In this document: positions 51,286 to 63,215 of the stretch, one piece after another
Position numbering within the stretch: the stretch's first letter is position 1
Layout: each line of letters starts with the position of its first letter
Source of the DNA: Vicugna vicugna
Taxonomy: Eukaryota
DNA length: 64,000 nt
Assembly: GCA_013265495.1 (NCBI GenBank)
Contig: MU058217.1
Location: 186,001-250,000, forward strand
Direction: 5' to 3'
The notes under the pieces: model-generated
What the model saw: only the letters and a program-made list of their open reading frames with translations
Told to the model about the DNA's origin: nothing
Databases searched by the model: none
Position numbers and translations under genes: made by a program

Positions 51286-52099
51286 AGTGCATATATGCAT
51301 TTTCAGAGAGGGTTTTTACAGGGAATCGGTCTTATGCACTGGGGCTGGTTAAGTTGTCATCTCCACTCCTGATACTGGAGCTTGATGCCCACGGGGCAGG
51401 CAGAGTCAGGAGGGAAGATCATGAGCTGGAACCTCAAGAGGATGAACTTGACCTTGGTGGTGTGGGCGTCCTGCAAACCACGCACACATCTGGCCTGGGA
51501 GTGGAGAAGCTGGAGGAGGCTGGGTGGCTGGGGGTTTGGAGCAGTTGCAGCTGATGGAGGATCTGGGCGATCTTGGGGTGGGGGTGTGGTTGGGTTTGAG
51601 CAGCTGTGGCCAGGCTGCTGCTTCACGCCAGTGGGGTGAGTCAGCACATCGGCAGGAAGGCGCATGAACTACCAGGTGGCTGCCACTTCCCCTTTGCCCT
51701 CTGACCTCCCGAGACTCTTCCTATGGTCCGCTTGAGCCAGAACGTAGAGGAAAATGTGTTCTGGGAGCTGAAGTTCAGTCGTCAAGGTGACACATTAAAA
51801 TCCATCACACCACCTGAAGGTTGGGTGAGCGGATGGGAAGACAGCAGGTTCAGGAGTCAGAATGATCTCAGTTTGGGGGAACTATCTGATTGGTGCCTCT
51901 TCCACAAAGGGGGAAATAAGAACCCTAAACCCCTCTTTGTAGAGGATTCATTGCAAGGATTAAATCAAATCCAGAATGTCGAGTGTCTTACTTTGCTCCT
52001 GGACTGACAGTAAGAAATCTCAGACCTTTCACTATTCTTGACACTATCCAGGAACATAATACCTCCATATAATTCAGTTTCACTCTGTCCCCTCCATAA

Positions 52100-52525
52100 A
52101 TGGCTGCATAATTCCCTGCATTAAGTTCATTCCTAGGAAGCTGATATTTCTTCTTGTTATTGTGAATGAAATTTAATTAAGGTTTTAAACCAGTTATTGA
52201 TGATATATTGTTCCAGAAGGATGTTGATAAATAATCAGGTTCTGTCTTTAATGGGAATTTCCTTATAACTCTGATACTGGCTGTTGGTTTTAGTTAGCAT
52301 GTGTATATTCTACTTAGCATTGTAATATACTTTTTATGTGTGTTTTCCTGTGTTCTCATGGAGAGTATAAGATTAGGCTGGTCCTAATACCAAGAAGAGG
52401 TATTTTTGAAGCCACAGATGGGTGTGGATTTTTATCAAATGGTGCCTTGTCAGCATCTCTCAAGATGATTATATATATTTTTAATTTTGGAAATATTGTT
52501 ATTATTAATGATATTAATAGATTTT
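52100..52525 (-). mobile_element. Highly degenerate L1 ORF2 reverse-transcriptase region
   Basis: Minus-strand peptide IIILRDADKAPFDKNPHP resembles L1 RT MIISIDAEKAFDKIQHP. Confidence 0.7.
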
Positions 52526-52864
52526 CTAGCGGGACAGTGTTGAAATCAGAGGCGACTTGGAAGAGAGTCTGAGAACGCTGGATTCTGGTTTTAGTTTGGT
52601 TCTTCGTTGCAAATTTGACCTCGGACCAGCTGACACCCTTCCTTATTCCTTTTAAAGATATTCTATGTTCACATCCATCACATGGGCAGATCTCTCTTTT
52701 CCTTCCCTTTCTTACTGGTGAGTTGGAAAGATAACAATGGATCAATAGTTCCTTCCTTTCCATTTGCTTGAATGTTTTAAATGCTTTCTCATCTGAACCA
52801 TGAAAAAAGCGTAAAATGAGAGGGTACCATAACCTCTTTATTGGACCATCATCAGCCAGGAATT

Positions 52865-53640
52865 CATGTGTTCATTCACTCATTCCTCCAACAAATATTT
52901 ATGGAGCAACTGCAACATGCTAGGAGTTGTTCCAGACGCTGGGAATACAGCTGTCAACAAAGTAGACCAATTTCCTACGCTGTGAAGCTAAGTTCCCAGT
53001 AAACATACACTTTCATACGTGTGTCAGCTAAGTGATAAATATTATGAATATAATTAACATAAAGCAAGGGGAGAGAGTGGAGAGTGAGGCAAGTAGGGGA
53101 AGGTTTACTTTAAGGGGGGTGGTCAGGGAAGACCTTTCTGCGGTGACACTTGAACAGAGAACAAAATGAAGACGGACTGAGCCACGTGGAGATCTGGGAG
53201 AGGTGGTATGTGCAAAGGCCCTGTGGACGGGCAGCGGCGCCCATGGAACCTGAGTTGGCTGAGCTGGCAGGAGGAGAGGGAGAGGACTGGAGGGCTGAGA
53301 GTTCAAGGAAGGTCAGATGATGCAGGACTTTGTGGGCCATCAACCCCGCTCTATTTTTTAAGTGTGAAGGGAAGCCACTGAGGGGGTGTATGAGCTCTGA
53401 GTGACACAGTTGGGTCGCTCTGTCCTAATGGGTCACTCTGGCTGCCCGTGGAGGCTGAGTTAAAGTGGGTTGTGGCCTGAGGGAGGGTGGCCCAGCCTGG
53501 GACGATACTGCGGAGGTGGTAGTAAGTGTTGGATTTGGGTCCGTGTCAGAGGAGGCACTGACAGAGTTTGCTGATGGATTGCAAGCCTCGTCTTAGACAC
53601 AGCTCCTTGGCTTTTCCTGTGAGAAGGAAATGTGTCAAGC
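52865..53640 (-). mobile_element. LINE-2 3' fragment
   Basis: cattcactcattcctccaacaaatatttatggagc...ggtcagggaagacctttctgcggtgacacttgaacagaga...tgcaaaggccctg...gggaagccactgaggg. Confidence 0.8.
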
Positions 53641-55159
53641 CCCCCTTCTCTAGTCCGGAGAAATCTGGCCTGCATTTTCCACAGCACCATTGTGCTGAGT
53701 CGGAAGAAACTCTGAGGACCACCCCCAGCAACTCTCCCAACCTCTGGCTGGACTGAGAGACGAAACTAACCAAGGGGTTTGGCTGTCCCCAGGAGAAATT
53801 CTGTTCTGAGGACGAGCCCAGAAACACACACTGCAGTTTGATCGGATCCACGGAGGAAGCCCCAGCCTCCCATGGGTCATTGGATGTTCATTTGGAAAGA
53901 AAGATGAGTAAGTTGGCCCCACGCCCCCCTGAGTTACAGCTGGCGTTAGTCACAGCCACGGGTGACATCGTGATTAACTCATAAAAGACAGGCCGCATTT
54001 GGGAGGCGTTTGCTGTAATTCGGGGCGTCTGGTCCTCTTGCAGACATCCCTTTGTGCTGGGCCGGCTGCACCCGCCCCGAGCTCCCGTGGGGCCAAGTTA
54101 CTAATTGATGTCCTTGCTCTTGAGACTCTCTCCCACCACCAACTCTGAATGGGAAAAAAGTCTCATCTCTCCTTAAATGTTACAGCTTCAAGTCTTCCCT
54201 CTTAGTTTTCTGCTAGTGTTCCTTCCTTTGATCTGCTGCTGGAAATTTATTTCCTTCCTGGAGCTGAGGCATCCAGCTCTGAGCAATGCAGACCCCCCTA
54301 CCCCTCACCACCACCTCCACCGACCCTGGCTTGGCAGGCAGGCGCCCCCCCATCCCCACCCCACCCTTAGTTCTAAGCCTGCATCTTGTGTGCTGAGGGG
54401 CACAGAGCTCGGAAGGTGGGACCAGAGCTATGGGTGGACAGGAAAGAAATGGCATCGTGCCTGTACTGCCGGACCTTTTCCCTCCACACGGAGATGGGAA
54501 AACACACATTTAAAATAATATTAAAAGGTGAAGTCAGAGATGTAAACAGACGTAAACCAGCAGAGCGACATGGGGCCATCATAGCTGCTCCTCCGTCTTT
54601 ATTGGCTTAGGAGAAATCTGTCCGGCCCGCCCAGTGCCTGGCCTTCATGGTGGAGAACCAGTCTGAGCAGTGGGCAGAGGGACAGAGTTGGAGCATCCTG
54701 GAAGGCTAGTTTCAGGAAGAGAGAAAGGACTGATCTTGAAGATGAGTGTATGAGTATCTGTCTGTCTCTCTTTCTTTTGGAAAAGGATGTCTGCAGGGTG
54801 GAAAGACCCAAGCCACAGGGGTGTGGGAGGAACTTCAAGTCCACTGGATCGAGGACAAAGGAGATTTGGACTTTGGCTGCTGCCTGTGGCTCAGATTGAA
54901 AGGGAAGATAAGATTTTAAGTTTTGTTATGTGTTGTGAATGAGGCCCTTCTCCCTCTTTTAAAAGAGACTTTAGTTTAAGATCATATTGCTTTTAAAACA
55001 ATTTTTGGTTGCCTGAGTGATGTTTCTTCGAATGTGATGCCGTAGGGAGGCTGAGTCATGGCTGTGGAGACAAAGACCGATGATGAGTGACAGTCATCTG
55101 TGTGTGCACGTGAACATGTTCACGTATGTCGGGTGGGTGGGGTTGAAGATCAGGAGTTC

Positions 55160-55897
55160 AGAATAGCTGGGTTAGATGGTAACTTTTAACCTTCTGAGGA
55201 GCTGCAGGAGTATTTTTGGAAGCTGGGGCACAGTTTACATTCCTATCTGTACCAGGGTCTTTCCATTTTTGCCAACACTTGTTATTATCTGTCTTTTTGA
55301 TTACAGCTCTTCTAGTGGGTGTGAAGGGGCATTTCATTGTGGTTTTGATTTGCATTTCCCTAAAGGCTAATGATGTTGAATGATGTTTTCAAGTGCTTAT
55401 TGGCTGTTCTTATATCTTTGTTGGAGAAGGGTCTTGTCAGAGCCTTTGCCTTTTTTTTTTCTTGTATTGATTTAAATAACAAATGTCTTTTTATTATTGA
55501 GCTGGAAGTGTTCATATACTCCAGAGAAAAGTCCTTCATTAGATACGCCATTTGCAGAAATTTTCTTCCCCTCTGAGATGTCTTTTTACTTTGTGTTCTT
55601 TGAATCACAGGAGTTTTTAATTTTGACAATGTCTGTTTTTTTCCCTTTGTCCCTTGTGCTTTCGTTGTTTGAGAACCTGTTGACTGACCCAAGGCTGTGA
55701 AGATTTACACTTTGTTTTCTTCTAAGAGTTTGAGTTGTAGCTCTTATGTTTAGAACTTAGATCTCTTTTGAGTTAATTTTTGTAAAGGGTGAGCGAAAGG
55801 CGGAAGCTTCGTTCTTTCGTGGGTGGCTGTCTTGTCCCAGCACTGTTGGTTGGAAAGACTGTCCTATCTCCATTTTACAGTCTTGGCACCTTTATCA
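55160..55897 (-). mobile_element. L1 ORF2 3' region, antisense, frameshifted
   Basis: Peptides AKALTRPFSNKDIRTANKHLK and MQIKTTMKCPFTPTRRAVIKKTDNNKCWQ match L1 ORF2 C-terminal motifs. Confidence 0.88.
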
Positions 55898-56993
55898 TCG
55901 AGGCATCTTTTAACTACGTTATGAATTTAAGTGATCGGGCAAAGAAACATCTCCAGTCTGTCTGCGGACCCACGGGGAGAAATCAAATCAATCAAGGAAC
56001 GTTTACATTAAAAGATGCCTTGGTTGGAATTTGAAACAAGATTCCAATGAAAACTTTCCCTGAAAGTGAAAATAGGCAACAAACAATGGTGTTGAATAAG
56101 TGTAAGTAATGAAACGCAGTTTTGTATTCTGGCCCAGTTAAGGGTGAGTGGGGGAGGCACTTGGCCTTGGCTTGCTCTGGAATTCGATGGACTGTGGACT
56201 GAAAATCAGAGCCGACTGCATCAAGTGTGGGTCTGTGAGCACGAGGAACCCCCCCTACCCCCCACCCCTCCATGGCCCTTTAGCTACAGGAGGTCAACGC
56301 AAGGACAGCCGGGCAGAGGGAGCAGTCTGCAGGACTCTGCACAAGTCGGCTTCTTGGCCTTGATTTAGGAAGAGGATTAGGGAATTATTTCCTCTAGAAG
56401 CCTCCACCGCAGACTGGAATTCCTGGAGGGCTGAGGCCTCTGCCTCCCACGTGTGGGCTGGGCCGAGGAGCCGCCCCGGAACGGCAGGCGTGGGCCAGGG
56501 GGATGCACGCCTGGCCTCGGGTGGGACTCGGGGCCCCAGCCAGGGCAGGGCTGTGTGCTGGGCTCCCAGGCCTGGCCCGGCTCCCCCGCCGGCTCTGCAG
56601 TTCCCGGGAGTCCGCCCAAGCTGAACGCCCCAGAGCAGAGAATTAGCTAAGCCCCAGATGTTTAGAACCCTGACTCAGGGTTTGTGTGTGCTCTCTCCAG
56701 AGCTTATGTGGCCCCAGAGGTGCCCTGGAATCGCTCAGATCTTTGTGTGGTTCTCGTGTTTCGTCTGCGCTTCCGAGGAGAGACTTGGGGTTCCAGGATT
56801 TGCTCAGAGCTTTCTGCCCTGGTCCTCTCAGCCTGGTGGGAACTTGCCCAGTCCCAGGGCCTTCGGGGGATGGAGACGGAGGCTCACATCTTGGAGGGAA
56901 ATCCGGTCAGAGCTCAGGACTTAGGGGAGTTCTCTGTCCAGGTCCAGTGTTTCCTGGGTTGAGGTTAGTGTCTTTAAAATCCAAGTACTTTGT

Positions 56994-57107
56994 GGGGGAG
57001 GGTATAACTCAGTGGTAGAGCGCATGGTTAGTGTGCACAAGGGCCTGGGTTCAGTCCCCAGTGCCTCCATTAAAGCCAATCAACCAATCAGTCAATCAGT
57101 CAATCAA
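56994..57107 (+). mobile_element. Camelid tRNA-Ala SINE with a (caat/cagt)n tail
   Basis: gggggagggtataactcagtggtagagcgcatggttagtgtgcacaagggcctgggttcagtccccagtgcctccattaaa. Confidence 0.88.
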
Positions 57108-58256
57108 AGTTCTCAAGCAAGAATTGAGTCCTCCAGCCCTGAGCCTACTGCTCTGTAAGCTTATAGTTGAAATGCTTTTGGGGCAGCTGGGTGGAGCTGT
57201 TGATGACGAAGATTCTGGAACAGGGGAAAAGTGAACGTTCCATGTAGTGCCTCAAGCCCAGGTCTCTTCCAGACCATGGGGCCTGGAGCAGAAGCCCCCT
57301 GCCAGCCCCCAGCAGCTCCCAACTGAGGGCCATGTGGTGACCCAGCCTGGGAAACCAGCAGTTTCCCTTGTAAGTCGTAAGTCGGAGCTGGGTCCGAGGA
57401 GGGGCTGATGAGGGGGACGCTGCTGCCTTCTCCCGGGGGCGCCCCGAGTCGTGGCTTATTAGTCAACCCCAGCATTCAGAGCGAAGAGATACTCGCAGTC
57501 ACAGAATGTGGCACCATCTCAAGTGCAGGGGTGGCAGGTTCAGCTATCAGGCACCAGGTAGACCACTAAGCTCCCAGGATTTATGTGCCTCGGCCCGTCC
57601 TGGGGACCATCTGCCCAGCCGGAAATTTGAAATTGCCCCGTTTTGTAATATTGGTAATTGATTCAAACTAAAAACAACAGCCAGCAACGGTGGACCAACC
57701 AGAACTTACCAACGGTCTGGTTGCAACCCTCTCCCTGCATAGGACGCTTGCTTCTAGGGACAGGGTGGCTTGCCCAAGGTCACCGGGTTGGTCAGCAGCC
57801 TGCACTCACCTGGGTCTGGACACCCAGGCTCTGGTGCTGTGTCTGATCGTCCACGTGATTGGAGGGGACGGAGAAGACCCAACGTGGTTGAGGTAGACGA
57901 CCCGGCTCAGGAAGGGGCAGGGTTTGGAGTTGAACCCAGAACTGGCTGGCTCTATCTGCTCCACTGTCACTGGAATAGGAATCGGGGTCTGTGGGTCCTG
58001 GTCACATTCTCTTCCCACAGCTCCACCCTGGGATTGGCTCCTCAGCCTCCAAATAGGGCTGTCGCTTGACCGCAACAGCTTCCCCGAATTCTGTGGACTT
58101 TTCACGAACCAGAGGAGATCTAGAGGGCGTGTGTGTGCAGACATGTGAATTCTTTCTCCCCCACACCCATTTATTGTTCCCCGGGTTTCCTCCCTGAAAA
58201 CTCCAAGGAGCTCCCTGGAAGGGAGAGAATTTGAGAGTCAGAAGAGGAAGGAAATA

Positions 58257-58563
58257 CAGGCAGACCTCATTTTTTGGTGCTTTGCAGATACTGCATTTTT
58301 TTTTTTTTACAAGTTGAAGGTTTATGGCAACCTTGCATTGTCAGAGGATGATTAGCATTTTTTTTAGCACTAAAGCATTTGAAAATTGAGGTATGGGATG
58401 TACATTGTTTCTTAGACATAATACTCTTTATTGCACACTTAACAGACTGCAATGTCATGTAAACATATCTTTTAGACACACTGGGAGACCACAAAAAGCT
58501 GTTGTGACTCGCTTTATTGTGGGAGTCTGGAACCGAATCCAGAGTGTCTCTGAGGTCAGCCTG
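58257..58563 (+). mobile_element. Tigger1 internally deleted derivative (Tigger1a-like MITE, TcMar-Tigger)
   Basis: TIRs caggcagacctc / gaggtcagcctg (11/12), left TA target, internal tacaagttgaaggtttatggcaacc and tctggaaccgaa. Confidence 0.85.
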
Positions 58564-61284
58564 TGTGTTTCTTGGTCTGAGAAGCAGCTCCCCATTTGCA
58601 GGGAAGGCCCGCTTAACCTGTGCCCTTCCTCACTGGGCACGGGTTCTGGGTCGGTCACTACTGGTGAGTTGGTGTCTGGGGAATTGGAGTCATGTCACCA
58701 GGCTTAGCGCCTGCTGTGGGTCCCCTGCGGCTGCCGGGGCTGCTCTGAGATGGAGAGCCAGATGTCGCGGGAGTCCCGGCCACCGACTGGCAGCACCCAC
58801 GGTGGGCAGAGCCCGAGGGCTCACCGGGTCCACCTTGTCCAGGTCCTTCGGCCCCCATGATGGGAATCGGGGTGGAGTGTTAGGGGTGGAAGCGGGGTAT
58901 GAGTGGGCAGGAAACATTAGTAAATAAATCAGGTAGGGTTGTAAAAAATTTACTAGCTCAATATTTTCTGCATGTTTTCTAGTCCTTTAGGGCTGATCCA
59001 GAGGAAAGCTAACTTCTCCACTGACTCCCACCATCAGCTGATCCCCCCACCCTCGGCCTCGCTCCCAGTTCCACCCTGACCCCACCCCATCGCCCTGTCA
59101 CCATTCACCCCCCTCCTTCATCCTCCTGGACGAGAAAGAACAATCTCTTTTGTTTCCCCTCTTTTAATCATATTACATATGCAATTGTGAAAACTATCTT
59201 TTTTTCTTTAAACTTAATACGTGTTGAGTATCTTTCTATGTCAGTAGATGTATCTAAGGCATTATTTTTAGTGTTTGCTGTTCATTGTTTGGATGAACTA
59301 TTTATTATTTACAATCCCCTAGTGATGGACACTGAGTTTGTGTCTTCTATTTTTTTTTTTTTTTGCTATTATTAAAATCACTGAAGCCAACATTCCTTGA
59401 GACGGGACTTTTCCTAGAAAGAAGGGTGCTCTGTGGTGTACATTTTGACCCGTGCTGTCATTGCTCTTCAGAAAGGTGGTACCAATTTCCAGCCCTTGCT
59501 GCCCCATTGGCTGGCCACGACTGTCATTTGCAGGCCTAAAGGACAAAATGTGAAAGAAAAACGTGCAGTGGTGTAGTCTGCCAACACCCTTATGGGTCCC
59601 CGTGCCTGAGACACCTCCTCCCTCTCCAACACTGATCTCTCCTCAATGCATTGCTCCTGCCCATCCCTTCTGGACCCAGTTAGCACCTTGCTAACTGGTG
59701 GGGTACTGGTGGGCAGAGAGTGCTGAACTTGAGGGCCTTGTCTCGAATCTTGGCTGTGTATTTAACTACCTAAGGAAAATCTCTTGTCTCCGTGGTGACT
59801 TTGTTTTCTGATTTTGAAATGGGAACACTGATACTTGCCTTACAGAATTATATACTTGACACACAGTGGGTGACGAGTAAATAATTCACTTCTTCATTTT
59901 CAGGTATGCCTCAGTTATTCCAACACACGTAGCTGCTCTTCCATCCCCTTGACCCCCGGCACATCATTTGTAACCCTCATCTGTCACTTAATCCACCACG
60001 GGATACCTTTATACTTGCAGACTTAAGATACGAGTGATTTGCATCGTTGAGTGCATGGTAGTGACCCAGGCTCTTAAGTGGGTTGTTCCTTGGTCCTGAG
60101 ACACCTGGAAGGTGGGCTGAATGCAGGCCAGGTTCACTGGTGACTCTTTCTGTCAAACGAAAGGAATATCTTAATGATATCTGTTGCCTCCTGCACATGT
60201 GGGCTGGATGAGAGGGGGACGCGGGTCTGCCAGGAGGGCTTCTGCCCGTGTGTGGGGTGCATAGGCTCTCTGGGCCCCTTCCTTTGGGCTTTGGTGAGGG
60301 ATTGTGTCGTGGAGGCTGTGTCTCCCCTGAGGACCTGTCCTGTTGGGTCTTACCTAGGACCCGTGTGTGCCAGTTTCCATCAGGCCTCGCCAGCCCGGGG
60401 CCTGCAGGGAGTGAGGGCCAGTCTGCGCTGGGCTGTGCTTCTCCTTGCCCACTGTCGCCTGGCCTGTCCCTGTCGGAGGCTCGTGCAAGGCCCTGGCACC
60501 AGGGGCTGGTCGGAGCCGTGTGGGGAGCCCTCTTGGGCACAGTGACGGCCCTGTTTCCTCCTCCACCTCGCCCGGGGCCCCCATTCACTGCAAAGAGAGT
60601 CACGCATTCCCCCTTGAGATAAGAATAGAGCCCAACTGTGCCCCAGGACAGAGTCCAGCTTCTTCAGCCGGCCCTCCGAGGCCTGGCAAGGGCGCCCAGA
60701 TGGTACTGGCATGAGTGGGCCCTGGCTGCCTGCCCCGCCAGCCCCTTGTCCATTGTATGGTGGGGACACTGGGTACAGTGTGTGTGCCTTCCCGGCCCCC
60801 CACCCCCCAGAGCCCACTGTCTCCAGCTCTGCTCAGGATGGAGGGGCTTGGCCTCAAACCAACTGCCCCCCATGGCTCTGCAGTACCCCTTCCCTTCTCT
60901 GGGGCCTCGGACTCCACCCTCCCAGCCTTGAGAACCTCCTATGAGCAACCACGCCTGTCTGTTCCTGGAAGGGAGCGTAGATCCTGGCTCGGAGCAGGGA
61001 CCAAGGAGAGGCCATCCAGAGGCTGGATGTCGAAGGCAGCAGCCCGGGGACCCGAGGGACAGGAAGCAGGAACCAGCAGGGGCCACAGATTGTGTGAATG
61101 ATGAACAGGATTCTGGGGCCTCCGCCTGGCCCCGCCTGTGTCTGAGGTGGGAGCTGGAACAGCCCTCTGTCAGGTCAGCAGCAGGACTGGACCAGGAGCT
61201 GTTAACCTGGAGTGTCCCCTGGCTCTTCTTGTGATCCTAGGAGGGGATCCTGGTACACTTTCTAGTCTTCAGATTCTAAGGCCC

Positions 61285-61432
61285 GGCTTCTCAAACTGTG
61301 GTCCCTGGTCCAGCAGCACTCCCTAGACCTGCTCAGTCAGAAAGCAGGAGTGGAGCCCCAAATCTGTGTAATACATGCTCTCCAGGGAATTCTATTGCAC
61401 GCGGGAGCTCCAGGACCATTGCTCTGAGTAGG
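61285..61432. mobile_element. MER5A-like element
   Basis: gcttctcaaactgtggtccctggtccagcagca...aatctgtgtaatacatgctctccaggg. Confidence 0.55.
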
Positions 61433-61545
61433 GTGTTTGAAAACAGGTTTCAGTGCATTCTGGGGTCCAACAGGTGACTCAGGAGTGTTGAAGCCACAGC
61501 AACCTGGAGGGCTTAGGCCCATCTAAAGACATTCAAATAGATAGT

Positions 61546-61803
61546 AAGTGGAGGGTACGGATAAATTAGGGGTCTGGGATTTGCAGACACAGCTCCTTTA
61601 TATAAAACAGATGAACAACAAAGTCCTACTGTATAGCAGAGGGAAATATATTCAATATCTTGTAATAAGCTATAATGATAAAGAATATGGAAAAGAATAT
61701 ATATATATATATATACATATGTATGTATAACTGATCACTATGCTGTATATCAAAAACTAACTCAACATTGCAAATCAACTAGACTTCAATTGGAAAAAAA
61801 AAA
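61546..61803 (+). mobile_element. Short L1 3' end with poly(A)
   Basis: ggataaattagggg...aacaacaaagtcctactgtatagcagaggg...caacattgcaaatcaactagacttcaatt..(A)n. Confidence 0.88.
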
Positions 61804-62984
61804 GCAGCAGAAGAAGAGACACAGACTATGTCAAGGTGAAAAAGGAGAGTAATCAAAATATCTTTTTGAACATGGAGCCCCCCCCCACATAACCTTAAAA
61901 AAGATGAAGGTCTCATTCTGCACATCTGTACTTATTTCAGTTAATTCTACAGCTGTGTCAAGGTTGTGTTTTGGGTTTATGTGTGAAAAAACCCGAGGCT
62001 CATGGTAGTCAGTAACATGTTTGTGCAGTGGAGATGTGGTTGGGAGCCAGGCTTTCCCACTCTCTACCCTCCCTCCAACGGCTGTTAACCAAACCCACCA
62101 TCAACTGCAAGGCCAGCGGGGTGAGGCCGCCCCTTCCGGCCGGGAGCGCCCAGTGAGCCAGGCCCCAGGTGGCTCCTGGCCTGGTCTGAGAAAATGAGTG
62201 CGCTTTTAAACACGGCCACCCACAGCAGCCCAAGTGTTTGGGATGGTGCCTCCAGTGAAGGGTGTCTGGGTCCCTGCCTCAACATGTGAGGGTTTCTGAG
62301 AGAAGCTGGCTTTTCCGAGGAGAAAGCATTCTCTGCAAATCTTCAGTGGGAGGGCAGGAAGAAGGCAGCCCCAGGGGCTGACCGTTTCTGAGGCTTTAGG
62401 CTTTCTGAGGCGCTGTCTCCTGGGTAGGTCTAGGGGAGGCAGACCACCGCGTTCACAGATGAGAAGGCGTGCTCTCAGGGGGTTCGGGTAAACGGAGTCC
62501 TCGGACGTTCTTTTCCCTCCAGCCTGCCACCTGCAAGGGCTGTGGCACTGATGACATTTGTAGGGTGGGGCTTTGAGGATGCTGTTGGAGTACGGAAGTT
62601 GTATGGCTGTTGATGAGCGGCCAGACTGTTGCCGCGTGCTTTTGGGGGTTTTGTATCAGGGGCCCACCAGCTCCCAAGTCTTCCCCTGTGAGAATGGGTC
62701 TCAGTGGTTTCTGAGATGCCAGTGCTGTGCCCTGGGTGGGAGGGCTGCCGAGCTTCTTGCTGGGGTGCTGGTGGCACCCAGGAATACCTGGCCTTCTGAG
62801 ACTCCGTTTGGAAAAATGGGGCTGGAGACGCGTGGGAGAGGTTGACGAGTAGTGAGCCTCCGTGGTACATGGGCAGATCTTCACTACTACCTCCTTCCTG
62901 TATTTTCTTAATTAATAAACTGTCCTGTGGCTGCACAGGTTGGACAGAATATTTTAAAACAGATCTGTCGACTCAAAAATATTG

Positions 62985-63215
62985 AATGATAACAGACAGC
63001 GTTTACATGGCACTCGGTATTTTTCAGGCACAGCTGCAGACACGGCACCGTTATTTAGTCATTCATTCCATCCTCACAACAAACCTGAGTACTGCCAGGC
63101 CTGTTTCACCTATGGGGAAACCGAGTCACAGAGAAGTGAGATCATTTAGTCAGGATCACCCAGTTCGTGACGGGTCTGTCCCCAGGCCATCTCTCTCCAG
63201 AGCCCGTGATCTGAA
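62985..63215 (-). mobile_element. MIR SINE
   Basis: atcctcacaacaaacctgag...atggggaaaccgagtcacagagaagtgag...ggatcacccag. Confidence 0.6.

Noticed and set aside
59977..61234. Cluster of 100-200 aa ORFs on both strands
   Set aside because: GC-rich intronic patch; none resembles GAS7 exon 2 (WW domain) or any protein I know.
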